A stretch of 64,000 nt of DNA, taken from NCBI RefSeq assembly GCF_009914755.1, contig NC_060925.1. The stretch is one strand, 5' to 3'. Below are positions 12,726 to 26,663 of this stretch, in pieces. The DNA comes from the human T2T-CHM13v2.0 reference genome, Homo sapiens. Below the pieces are notes generated by a model, which ran no database searches, had not been told where the DNA came from, and was given only the letters and a program-made list of their open reading frames with translations. A program made the position numbers and the translations under genes. Every line of letters starts with the position of its first letter. The stretch's first letter is position 1.

Positions 12726-15700
12726 TCAACTCTGTGAGTTGAATACACACAACACAAGGAAGTTACTGAGAATTCTTCTGTCTAGCAGAATATGAAGAAA
12801 TCCCGTTTCCAACGAAGGCCACAAGATGTCAGAATATCCACTTACAGACTTTACAAACAGAGTGTTTCCTAACTGCTCTATGAACAGAAAGGTTAAACTC
12901 TGTGAGTTGAACGAACACATCACAACGCAGTTTGTGGGAATGATTCTGTCTAGTTTTGAAACGAAGATATTTCCTTTTCTGCCGTTGACCTTAAAGCGCT
13001 TGAAATCTACACTTGCAAATTGCACAAATAGAGTGTTTCAAATCTGCTCTGTCTAAGGGAACGTTCAACTCTGTGAGTTGAATGCACACAACACAAGGAA
13101 GTTACTGGGAATTCTTCTGTCTAGCCTTACATGAAAAAAACCCGTTTCCAACGAAGGCCTCTAAGTGGTCAAAATTTCCACGTGCAGACTTTACAAACAG
13201 AGTGTTTCCAAACCGCTGAATGAAAAGAAAAGTTAAACTCTGAGAGTTGAACGCACACATCACGCAGCAGTTTCTGAGAATGATTCTGTCTAGTTTTTAT
13301 ACGAAGATATTTCCTTTTCTGCCTTTGGCCCCAAAGCGCTTGAAATCTCCACTTGCAAATTCCACAAAAACAGTGTTTCAAATCTGCTCTCTCTAAATGA
13401 AAGTTCAACTCTGTCAGTTGAATACACACAACACAAGGAAGTTACTGAGAATTCTTCTGTCTAGCATAATATGAAGAAATCCCGTTTCCAACGAAGGCCT
13501 CAAAGGGGTCTGAATATCCACTTGCAGACTTTATAAACAGAGTGTTTACTAACTGCTCTATGAAAAGAAAGGTTAAACTCTGTGAGTTGAACACACACAT
13601 CACAAAGGAGTTTCTGAGAATCGTTCTGTCTAGTTTCTATAGGAAGATGTTTCCTATTCTACCATTGACCTCAAAGCGGCTGAAATCTCCACTTGCAAAT
13701 TCCACAAAAAGAATGTTTCAAGTCTGCTCTGTGTAAAGGATCGTTCAACTCTGTGAGTTGAATACACACAACACAAGGAAGTTACTGAGAATTCTTCTGT
13801 CTAGCAGAATAGGAAGAAATCCCGTTTCCAACGAAGGCCTCAAAGAGGTCTGAATATCCACTTGCAGACATTACAAACAGAGTGTTTCCTAACTGCTCTA
13901 TGAAAAGAAAGGTTAAACTCTGTGAGTTGAACGCACACATCACAAAGGAGTTTCTGAGAATCGTTCTGTCTAGTTTCTATAGGAAGATATTTCCTATTCT
14001 ACCATTGACCACAAAGCGGCTGAAATCTCCACTTGCAAATTCCACAAAAAGAATGTTTCAAGTCTGCTCTGTGTAAAGGATCCTTCAACTCTGTGAGTTG
14101 AATACACACAACACAAGGAAGTTACTGAGAATTCTTCTGTCTAGCATAATATGAAGAAATCCCGTTTCCAACGAAGGCCTCAAAGAGGTCTGAATATCCA
14201 CTTGCAGACTTTACAAACAGAGTGTTTCCTAACTGCTCTATGAAAAGAAAAGTTAAACTCTTTGATTTGAACGCACACATCACAAAGGAGTTTCTGAGAA
14301 TCATTCTGTCTAGTCTTTATACGAAGATATTTCCTTTTCTACCATTGACCTCAAAGCGGCTGAAATCTCCACTTGCAAATTCCACAAAAAGAATGTTTCA
14401 AGTCTGCTCTGTGTAAAGGATCGTTCAACTCTGTGAGTTGAATACACACAACACAAGGAAGTTACTGAGAATTCTTCTGTCTAGCAGAATAGGAAGAAAT
14501 CCCGTTTCCAACGAAGGCCTCAAAGAGGTCTGAATATCCACTTGCAGACATTACAAACAGAGTGTTTCCTAACTGCTCTATGAAAAGAAAGGTTAAACTC
14601 TGTGAGTTGAACGCACACATCACAAAGGAGTTTCTGAGAATCGTTCTGTCTAGTTTCTATAGGAAGATATTTCCTATTCTACCATTGACCACAAAGCGGC
14701 TGAAATCTCCACTTGCAAATTCCACAAAAAGAATGTTTCAAGTCTGCTCTGTGTAAAGGATCCTTCAACTCTGTGAGTTGAATACACACAACACAAGGAA
14801 GTTACTGAGAATTCTTCTGTCTAGCATAATATGAAGAAATCCCGTTTCCAACGAAGGCCTCAAAGAGGTCTGAATATCCACTTGCAGACTTTACAAACAG
14901 AGTGTTTCCTAACTGCTCTATGAAAAGAAAAGTTAAACTCTTTGAGTTGAACGCACACATCACAAAGGAGTTTCTGAGAATCATTCTGTCTAGTCTTTAT
15001 ACGAAGATATTTCCTTTTCTACCATTGACCTCAAAGCGGCTGAAATCTCCACTTGCAAATTCCACAAAAAGAGTGTTTCAAGTCTGCTCTGTGTAAAGGA
15101 TCGTTCAACTCTGTGAGTTGAATACACACAACACAAGGAAGTTACTGAGAATTCTTCTGTCTAGCAGAATATGAAGAAATCCCGTTTCCAACGAAGGCCT
15201 CAAGGAGGTCTGAATATCCACTTGCAGACTTTACAAACAGAGTGTTTCCTAACTGCTCTATGAACAGAAAGGTTAAACTCTGTGAGTTGAACGCACACAT
15301 CACAAAGGAGTTTCTGAGAATCATTCTGTCTAGTCTTTATACGAAGATATTTACTTTTCTACCATTGACCTCAAAGCGGCTGAAATCTCCACTTGCAAAT
15401 TCCACAAAAAGAGTGTTTCAAGTCTGCTCTGTGTAAAGGATCATTCAACTCTGTGAGTTGAATAAACACAACACAAGGAAGTTACTGAGAATTCTTCTGT
15501 CTAGCAGAATATGAAGAAATCCCGTTTCCAACGAAGGCCTCAAGGAGGTCTGAATATCCACTTGCAGACTTTACAAACAGAGTGTTTCCTAACTGCTCTA
15601 TGAAAAGAAAGGTTAAACTCTGTGAGTTGAACGCACACATCACAAAGGAGTTCATGAGAATCATTTTGTCTAGGTTCTATAAGAAGATATTTCCTATTCT

Positions 15701-18700
15701 ACCATTGACCTCAAAGCGGCTGAAATCTCCACTTGCAAATTCGACAAAAAGAGTGTTTCAAGCCTGCTCTCTGTAAAGGATCCTTCAACTCTGTGAGTTG
15801 AATACACACAACACAAGGAAGTTACTGAGAATTCTTCTGTCTAGCATAATATGAAGAAATCCCGTTTCCAACGAAGGCTTCAAAGAGGTCTGAATATCCA
15901 CTTGCACACTTTACAAACAGAGTGTTTCCTAACTGCTCTATGAGAAGAAAAGTTAAACTCTGTGAGTTGAACGCACACATCACAAAAGATTTTCTGAGAA
16001 TCATTCTGTCTAGTCTTTATATGAAGATAGTTTCCTTTTCTACCATTGACCTCAAAGCGGCTGAAATCTCCACTTGCAAATTCCACAAAAAGAGTGTTTC
16101 AAGTCTGCTCTGTGTAAAGGATCGTTCAACTCTGTGAGTTGAATACACACAACACAAGGAAGTTACTGAGAATTCTTCTGTCTAGCAGAATATGAAGAAA
16201 TCCCGTTTCCAACGAAGGCCACAAGATGTCAGAATATCCACTTACAGACTTTACAAACAGAGTGTTTCCTAACTGCTCTATGAACAGAAAGGTTAAACTC
16301 TGTGAGTTGAACGAACACATCACAACGCAGTTTGTGGGAATGATTCTGTCTAGTTTTGAAACGAAGATATTTCCTTTTCTGCCGTTGACCTTAAAGCGCT
16401 TGAAATCTACACTTGCAAATTGCACAAATAGAGTGTTTCAAATCTGCTCTGTCTAAGGGAACGTTCAACTCTGTGAGTTGAATGCACACAACACAAGGAA
16501 GTTACTGGGAATTCTTCTGTCTAGCCTTACATGAAAAAAACCCGTTTCCAACGAAGGCCTCTAAGTGGTCAAAATTTCCACGTGCAGACTTCACAAACAG
16601 AGTGTTTCCAAACCGCTGAATGAAAAGAAAAGTTAAACTCTGAGAGTTGAACGCACACATCACGCAGCAGTTTCTGAGAATGATTCTGTCTAGTTTTTAT
16701 ACGAAGATATTTCCTTTTCTGCCTTTGGCCCCAAAGCGCTTGAAATCTCCACTTGCAAATTCCACAAAAACAGTGTTTCAAATCTGCTCTCTCTAAATGA
16801 AAGTTCAACTCTGTCAGTTGAATACACACAACACAAGGAAGTTACTGAGAATTCTTCTGTCTAGCATAATATGAAGAAATCCCGTTTCCAACGAAGGCCT
16901 CAAAGGGGTCTGAATATCCACTTGCAGACTTTATAAACAGAGTGTTTACTAACTGCTCTATGAAAAGAAAGGTTAAACTCTGTGAGTTGAACATACACAT
17001 CACAAAGGAGTTTCTGAGAATCGTTCTGTCTAGTTTCTATAGGAAGATGTTTCCTATTCTACCATTGACCTCAAAGCGGCTGAAATCTCCACTTGCAAAT
17101 TCCACAAAAAGAATGTTTCAAGTCTGCTCTGTGTAAACGATCGTTCAACTCTGTGAGTTGAATACACACAACACAAGGAAGTTACTGAGAATTCTTCTGT
17201 CTAGCATAATATGTAGAAATCCCGTTTCCAAAGAAGGCCTCAAATAGGTCTGAATATCCACTTGCAGACTTTACAAACAGAGTGTTTCCTAACTGCTCTA
17301 TGAAAAGAAAAGTTAAACTCTGTGATTTGAACGCACACATCACAAAGGAGTTTCTGAGAATCATTCTGTCTGGTCTTTATACGAAGATATTTCCTTTTCT
17401 ACCATTGACCTCAAAGCGGCTGAAATCTCCACTTGCAAATTCCACAAAAAGAGTGTTTCAAGTCTGCTCTGTGTAAAGGATCGTTCAACTCTGTGAGTTG
17501 AATACACACAACACAAGGAAGTTACTGAGAATTCTTCTGTCTAGCAGAATATGAAGAAATCCCGTTTCCAACGAAGGCCTCAAGGAGGTCTGAATATCCA
17601 CTTGCAGACTTTACAAACAGAGTGTTTCCTAACTGCTCTATGAACACAAAGGTTAAACTCTGTGAGTTGAACGCACACATCACAAAGGAGTTTATGAGAA
17701 TCATTCTGTCTAGTTTCTATAAGAAGATATTTCCTATTCTACCATTGACCTCAAAGCGGCTGAAATCTCCACTTGCAAATTCGACAAAAAGAGTGTTTCA
17801 AGCCTGCTCTCTGTAAAGGATCCTTCAACTCTGTGAGTTGAATACACACAACACAAGGAAGTTACTGAGAATTCTTCTGTCTAGCATAATATGAAGAAAT
17901 CCCGTTTCCAACGAAGGCCTCAAAGAGGTCTGAATATCCACTTGCAGACTTTACAAACAGAGTGTTTCCTAACTGCTCTATGAGAAGAAAAGTTAAACTC
18001 TGTGAGTTGAACGCACACATCACAAAAGATTTTCTGAGAATCATTCTGTCTAGTCTTTATATGAAGATAGTTTCCTTTTCTACCATTGACCTCAAAGCGG
18101 CTGAAATCTCCACTTGCAAATTCCACAAAAAGAGTGTTTCAAGTCTGCTCTGTGTAAAGGATCGTTCAACTCTGTGAGTTGAATACACACAACACAAGGA
18201 AGTTACTGAGAATTCTTCTGTCTAGCAGAATATGAAGAAATCCCGTTTCCAACGAAGGCCACAAGATGTCAGAATATCCACTTGCAGACTTTACAAACAG
18301 AGTGTTTCCTAACTGCTCTATGAACAGAAAGGTTAAACTCTGTGAGTTGAACGAACACATCACAACGCAGTTTGTGGGAATGATTCTGTCTAGTTTTGAA
18401 ACGAAGAAATTTCCTTTTCTGCCATTGACCTTAAAGCGCTTGAAATCTACACTTGCAAATTGCACAAATAGAGTGTTTCAAATCTGCTCTGTCTAAGGGA
18501 ACGTTCAACTCTGTGAGTTGAATGCACACAACACAAGGAAGTTACTGGGAATTCTTCTGTCTAGCCTTACATGAAGAAAACCCGTTTCCAACGAAGGCCT
18601 CTAAGAGGTCAAAATATCCACGTGCAGACTTTACAAAGAGAGTGTTTCCAAACCGCTGAATGAAAAGAAAAGTTAAACTCTGAGAGTTGAACGCAGACAT

Positions 18701-21700
18701 CACGCAGCAGTTTCTGAGAATGATTCTGTCTAGTTTTTATACGAAGATATTTCCTTTTCTGCCTTTGGCCCCAAAGCGCTTGAAATCTCCACTTGCAAAT
18801 TCCACAAAAACAGTGTTTCAAATCTGCTCTCTCTAAATGAAAGTTCAACTCTGTCAGTTGAATACACACAACACAAGGAAGTTACTGAGAATTCTTCTGT
18901 CTAGCATAATATGAAGAAATCCCGTTTCCAACGAAGGCCTCAAAGGGATCTGAATATCCACTTGCAGACTTTATAAACAGAGTGTTTACTAACTGCTCTA
19001 TGAAAAGAAAGGTTAAACTCTGTGAGTTGAACACACACATCACAAAGGAGTTTCTGAGAATCATTCTGTCTAGTTTTTCTACGAAGATATTTCCTTTTCT
19101 ACTATTGACCTCAAAGCGGCTGAAATCTCCACTTGCAAATTCCACAAAAAGAGTGTTTCAAGTCTGCTCTGTGTAAAGGATCGTTCAACTCTGTGAGTTG
19201 AATACACACAACACAAGGAAGTTACTGAGAATTCTTCTGTCTAGCAGAATATGAAGAAATCCCGTTTCCAACGAAGGCCTCAAGGAGGTCTGAATATCCA
19301 CTTGCAGACTTTACAAACAGAGTGTTTCCTAACTGCTCTATGAACAGAAAGGTTAAACTCTGTGAGTTGAACGCACACATCACAAAGGAGTTTCTGAGAA
19401 TCATTCTGTCTAGTCTTTATACGAAGATATTTACTTTTCTACCATTGACCTCAAAGCGGCTGAAATCTCCACTTGCAAATTCCACAAAAAGAGTGTTTCA
19501 AGTCTGCTCTGTGTAAAGGATCCTTCAACTCTGTGAGTTGAATACACACAACACAAGGAAGTTACTGAGAATTCTTCTGTCTAGCAGAATATGAAGAAAT
19601 CCCGTTTCCAACGAAGGCCTCAAAGAGGTCTGCATATCCACTTGCAGACTTTACAAACAGAGTGTTTCCTAACTGCTCTATGAGAAGAAAAGTTAAACTC
19701 TGTGAGTTGAACGCACACATCACAAAAGATTTTCTGAGAATCATTCTGTCTAGTCTTTATATGAAGATAGTTTCCTTTTCTACCATTGACCTCAAAGCGG
19801 CTGAAATCTCCACTTGCAAATTCCACAAAAAGAGTGTTTCAAGTCTGCTCTGTGTAAAGGATCGTTCAACTCTGTGAGTTGAATACACACAACACAAGGA
19901 AGTTACTGAGAATTCTTCTGTCTAGCAGAATATGAAGAAATCCCGTTTCCAACGAAGGCCACAAGATGTCAGAATATCCACTTACAGACTTTACAAACAG
20001 AGTGTTTCCTAACTGCTCTATGAACAGAAAGGTTAAACTCTGTGAGTTGAACGAACACATCACAACGCAGTTTGTGGGAATGATTCTGTCTAGTTTTGAA
20101 ACGAAGATATTTCCTTTTCTGCCGTTGACCTTAAAGAGCTTGAAAACTACACTTGCAAATTGCACAAATAGAGTGTTTCAAATCTGCTCTGTCTAAGGGA
20201 ACGTTCAACTCTGTGAGTTGAATGCACACAACACAAGGAAGTTACTGGGAATTCTTCTGTCTAGCCTTACATGAAAAAAACCCGTTTCCAACGAAGGCCT
20301 CTAAGTGGTCAAAATTTCCACGTGCAGACTTTACAAACAGAGTGTTTCCAAACCGCTGAATGAAAAGAAAAGTTAAACTCTGAGAGTTGAACGCACACAT
20401 CACGCAGCAGTTTCTGAGAATGATTCTGTCTAGTTTTTATACGAAGATATTTCCTTTTCTGCCTTTGGCCCCAAAGCGCTTGAAATCTCCACTTGCAAAT
20501 TCCACAAAAACAGTGTTTCAAATCTGCTCTCTCTAAATGAAAGTTCAACTCTGTCAGTTGAATACACACAACACAAGGAAGTTACTGAGAATTCTTCTGT
20601 CTAGCATAATATGAAGAAATCCCGTTTCCAACGAAGGCCTCAAAGGGGTCTGAATATCCACTTGCAGACTTTATAAACAGAGTGTTTACTAACTGCTCTA
20701 TGAAAAGAAAGGTTAAACTCTGTGAGTTGAACACACACATCACAAAGGAGTTTCTGAGAATCATTCTGTCTAGTTTTTCTACGAAGATATTTCCTTTTCT
20801 ACTATTGACCTCAAATCGGCTGAAATCTCCACTTGCAAATTCCACAAAAAGAGTGTTTCAAGTCTGCTCTGTGTAAAGGATCGTTCAACTCTGTGAGTTG
20901 AATACACACAACACAAGGAAGTTACTGAGAATTCTTCTGTCTAGCAGAATAGGAAGAAATCCCGTTTCCAACGAAGGCCTCAAAGAGGTCTGAATATCCA
21001 CTTGCAGACTTTACAAACAGAGTGTTTCCTAACTGCTCTATGAAAAGAAAGGTTAAACTCTGTGAGTTGAACGCACACATCACAAAGGAGTTTCTGAGAA
21101 TCGTTCTGTCTAGTTTCTATAGGAAGATATTTCCTATTCTACCATTGCCCTCAAAGCGGCTGAAATCTCCACTTGCAAATTCCACAAAAAGAATGTTTCA
21201 AGTCTGCTCTGTGTAAAGGATCGTTCAACTCTGTGAGTTGAATACACACAACACAAGGAAGTTACTGAGAATTCTTCTGTCTAGCAGAATATGAAGAAAT
21301 CCCGTTTCCAACGAAGGCCTCAAAGAGGTCTGAATATCCACTTGCAGACTTTACAAACAGAGTGTTTCCTAACTGCTCTATGAAAAGAAAAGTTAAACTC
21401 TGTGAGTTGAACGCACACATCACAAAGGAGTTTCTGAGAATCATTCTGTCTAGTCTTTATACGAAGATATTTCCTTTTCTACCATTGACCTCAAAGCGGC
21501 TGAAATCTCCACTTGCAAATTCCACAAAAAGAGTGTTTCAAGTCTGCTCTGTGTAAAGGATCGTTCAACTCTGTGAGTTGAATACACACAACACAAGGAA
21601 GTTACTGAGAATTCTTCTGTCTAGCAGAATATGAAGAAATCCCGTTTCCAACGAAGGCCTCAAGGAGGTCTGAATATCCACTTGCAGACTTTACAAACAG

Positions 21701-23944
21701 AGTGTTTCCTAACTGCTCTATGAACAGAAAGGTTAAACTCTGTGAGTTGAACGCACACATCACAAAGGAGTTTCTGAGAATCATTCTGTCTAGTCTTTAT
21801 ACGAAGATATTTACTTTTCTACCATTGACCTCAAAGCGGCTGAAATCTCCACTTGCAAATTCCACAAAAAGAGTGTTTCAAGTCTGCTCTGTGTAAAGGA
21901 TCATTCAACTCTGTGAGTTGAATAAACACAACACAAGGAATTTACTGAGAATTCTTCTGTCTAGCAGAATATGAAGAAATCCCGTTTCCAACGAAGGCCA
22001 CAAGATGTCAGAATATCCACTTACAGACTTTACAAACAGAGTGTTTCCTAACTGCTCTATGAACAGAAAGGTTAAACTCTGTGAGTTGAACGAACACATC
22101 ACAACGCAGTTTGTGGGAATGATTCTGTCTAGTTTTGAAACGAAGATATTTCCTTTTCTGCCGTTGACCTTAAAGCGCTTGAAATCTACACTTGCAAATT
22201 GCACAAATAGAGTGTTTCAAATCTGCTCTGTCTAAGGGAACGTTCAACTCTGTGAGTTGAATGCACACAACACAAGGAAGTTACTGGGAATTCTTCTGTC
22301 TAGCCTTACATGAAAAAAACCCGTTTCCAACGAAGGCCTCTAAGTGGTCAAAATTTCCACGTGCAGACTTTACAAACAGAGTGTTTCCAAACCGCTGAAT
22401 GAAAAGAAAAGTTAAACTCTGAGAGTTGAACGCACACATCACGCAGCAGTTTCTGAGAATGATTCTGTCTAGTTTTTATACGAAGATATTTCCTTTTCTG
22501 CCTTTGGCCCCAAAGCGCTTGAAATCTCCACTTGCAAATTCCACAAAAACAGTGTTTCAAATCTGCTCTCTCTAAATGAAAGTTCAACTCTGTCAGTTGA
22601 ATACACACAACACAAGGAAGTTACTGAGAATTCTTCTGTCTAGCATAATATGAAGAAATCCCGTTTCCAACGAAGGCCTCAAAGGGGTCTGAATATCCAC
22701 TTGCAGACTTTATAAACAGAGTGTTTACTAACTGCTCTATGAAAAGAAAGGTTAAACTCTGTGAGGTGAAAACACACATCACAAAGGAGTTTCTGAGAAT
22801 CATTCTGTCTAGTTTTTCTACGAAGATATTTCCTTTTCTACTATTGACCTCAACGCGGCTGAAATCTCCACTTGCAAATTCCACAAAAAGAGTGTTTCAA
22901 GTCTGCTCTGTGTAAAGGATCGTTCAACTCTGTGAGTTGAATACACACAACACAAGGAAGTTACTGAGAATTCTTCTGTCTAGCAGAATATGAAGAAATC
23001 CCGTTTCCAACGAAGGCCTCAAAGAGGTCTGAATATCCACTTGCAGACTTTACAAACAGAGTGTTTCCTAACTGCTCTATGAAAAGAAAGGTTAAACTCT
23101 GTGAGTTGAACGCACACATCACAAAGGAGTTTCTGAGAATCGTTCTGTCTAGTTTCTATAGGAAGATGTTTCCTATTCTACCATTGACCTCAAAGCGGCT
23201 GAAATCTCCACTTGCAAATTCCACAAAAAGAATGTTTCAAGTCTGCTCTGTGTAAACGATCGTTCAACTCTGTGAGTTGAATACACACAACACAAGGAAG
23301 TTACTGAGAATTCTTCTGTCTAGCATAATATGTAGAAATCCCGTTTCCAACGAAGGCCTCAAATAGGTCTGAATATCCACTTGCAGACTTTACAAACAGA
23401 GTGTTTCCTAACTGCTCTATGAAAAGAAAAGTTAAACTCTGTGATTTGAACGCACACATCACAAAGGAGTTTCTGAGAATCATTCTGTCTGGTCTTTATA
23501 CGAAGATATTTCCTTTTCTACCATTGACCTCAAAGCGGCTGAAATCTCCACTTGCAAATTCGACAAAAAGAGTGTTTCAAGCCTGCTCTCTGTAAAGGAT
23601 CCTTCAACTCTGTGAGTTGAATACACACAACACAAGGAAGTTACTGAGAATTATTCTGTCTAGCATAATATGAAGAAATCCCGTTTCCAACGAAGGCCTC
23701 AAAGAGGTCTGAATATCCACTTGCAGACTTTACAAACAGAGTGTTTCCTAACTGCTCTATGAGAAGAAAAGTTAAACTCTGTGAGTTGAACGCACACATC
23801 ACAAAAGATTTTCTGAGAATCATTCTGTCTAGTCTTTATATGAAGATAGTTTCCTTTTCTACCATTGACCTCAAAGCGGCTGAAATCTCCACTTGCAAAT
23901 TCCACAAAAAGAGTGTTTCAAGTCTGCTCTGTGTAAAGGATCGT

Positions 23945-26663
23945 TCAACTCTGTGAGTTGAATACACACAACACAAGGAAGTTACTGAGAATTCTTCTGT
24001 CTAGCAGAATATGAAGAAATCCCGTTTCCAACGAAGGCCACAAGATGTCAGAATATCCACTTACAGACTTTACAAACAGAGTGTTTCCTAACTGCTCTAT
24101 GAACAGAAAGGTTAAACTCTGTGAGTTGAACGAACACATCACAACGCAGTTTATGGGAATGATTCTGTCTAGTTTTGAAACGAAGATATTTCCTTTTCTG
24201 CCGTTGACCTTAAAGCGCTTGAAATCTACACTTGCAAATTGCACAAATAGAGTGTTTCAAATCTGCTCTGTCTAAGGGAACGTTCAACTCTGTGAGTTGA
24301 ATGCACACAACACAAGGAAGTTACTGGGAATTCTTCTGTCTAGTCTTACATGAAAAAACCCGTTTCCAACGAAAGCCTCTAAGTGGTCAAAATATCCACG
24401 TGCAGACTTTACAAACAGAGTGTTTCCAAACCGCTGAATGAAAAGAAAAGTTAAACTCTGAGAGTTGAACGCACACATCACGCAGCAGTTTCTGAGAATG
24501 ATTCTGTCTAGTTTTTATACGAAGATAATTCCTTTTCTGCCTTTGGCCCCAAAGCGCTTGAAATCTCCACTTGCAAATTCCACAAAAACAGTGTTTCAAA
24601 TCTGCTCTCTCTAAATGAAAGTTCAACTCTGTCAGTTGAATACACACAACACAAGGAAGTTACTGAGAATTCTTCTGTCTAGCATAATATGAAGAAATCC
24701 CGTTTCCAACGAAGGCCTCAAAGGGGTCTGAATATCCACTTGCAGACTTTATAAACAGAGTGTTTACTAACTGCTCTATGAAAAGAAAGGTTAAACTCTG
24801 TGAGTTGAACACACACATCACAAAGGAGTTTCTGAGAATCATTCTGTCTAGTTTTTCTACGAAGATATTTCCTTTTCTACTATTGACCTCAACGCGGCTG
24901 AAATCTCCACTTGCAAATTCCACAAAAAGAGTGTTTCAAGTCTGCTCTGTGTAAAGGATCGTTCAACTCTGTGAGTTGAATACACACAACACAAGGAAGT
25001 TACTGAGAATTCTTCTGTCTAGCAGAATAGGAAGAAATCCCGTTTCCAACGAAGGCCTCAAAGAGGTCTGAATATCCACTTGCAGACTTTACAAACAGAG
25101 TGTTTCCTAACTGCTCTATGAAAAGAAAGGTTAAAGTCTGTGAGTTGAACACACACATCACAAAGGAGTTTCTGAGAATCGTTCTGTCTAGTTTCTATAG
25201 GAAGATATTTCCTATTCTACCATTGACCTCAAAGCGGCTGAAATCTCCACTTGCAAATTCCACAAAAAGAATGTTTCAAGTCTGCTCTGTGTAAAGGACC
25301 GTTCAACTCTGTGAGTTGAATACACACAACACAAGGAAGTTACTGAGAATTCTTCTGTCTAGCAGAATATGAAGAAATCCCGTTTCCAACGAAGGCCCCA
25401 AAGAGGTCTGAATATCCACTTGCAGACTTTACAAACAGAGTGTTTCCTAACTGCTCTATGAAAAGAAAAGTTAAACTCTGTGAGTTGAACGAACACATCA
25501 CAAAGGAGTTTATGAGAATCATTCTGTCTAGTCTTTATACGAAGATATTTCCTTTTCTACCATTGACCTCAAAGCGGCTGAAATCTCCACTTGCAAATTC
25601 CACAAAAAGAGTGTTTCAAGTCTGCTCTGTGTAAAGGATCGTTCAACTCTGTGAGTAGAATACACACAACACAAGGAAGTTACTGAGAATTCTTCTGTCT
25701 AGCAGAATATGAAGAAATCCCGTTTCCAACGAAGGCCTCAAGGAGGTCTGAATATCCACTTGCAGACTTTACAAACAGAGTGTTTCCTAACTGCTCTATG
25801 AACAGAAAGGTTAAACTCTGTGAGTTGAACGCACACATCACAAAGGAGTTTCTGAGAATCATTCTGTCTAGTCTTTATACGAAGATATTTACTTTTCTAC
25901 CATTGACTTCAAAGCGGCTGAAATCTCCACCTGCAAATTCCACAAAAAGAGTGTTTCAAGTCTGCTCTGTGTAAAGGATCATTCAACTCTGTGAGTTGAA
26001 TAAACACAACACAAGGAAGTTACTGAGAATTCTTCTGTCTAGCAGAATATGAAGAAATCCCGTTTCCAACGAAGGCCTCAAGGAGGTCTGAATATCCACT
26101 TGCAGACTTTACAAACAGAGTGTTTCCTAACTGCTCTATGAAAAGAAAGGTTAAACTCTGTGAGTTGAACGCACACATCACAAAGGAGTTTCTGAGAATC
26201 ATTCTGTCTAGTTTCTATAAGAAGATATTTCCTATTCTACCATTGACCTCAAAGCGGCTGAAATCTCCACTTGCAAATTCGACAAAAAGAGTGTTTCAAG
26301 CCTGCTCTCTGTAAAGGATCCTTCAACTCTGTGAGTTGAATACACACAACACAAGGAAGTTACTGAGAATTATTCTGTCTAGCATAATATGAAGAAATCC
26401 CGTTTCCAACGAAGGCCTCAAAGAGGTCTGAATATCCACTTGCAGACTTTACAAACAGAGTGTTTCCTAACTGCTCTATGAGAAGAAAAGTTAAACTCTG
26501 TGAGTTGAACGCACACATCACAAAAGATTTTCTGAGAATCATTCTGTCTAGTCTTTATATGAAGATAGTTTCCTTTTCTACCATTGACCTCAAAGCGGCT
26601 GAAATCTCCACTTGCAAATTCCACAAAAAGAGTGTTTCAAGTCTGCTCTGTGTAAAGGATCGT
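23945..26663 (-). repeat. Complete 16-monomer unit (A-H), 2719 bp
   Basis: Same dimer order; 1 bp shorter because the B dimer has the A6 tract. Confidence 0.9.
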
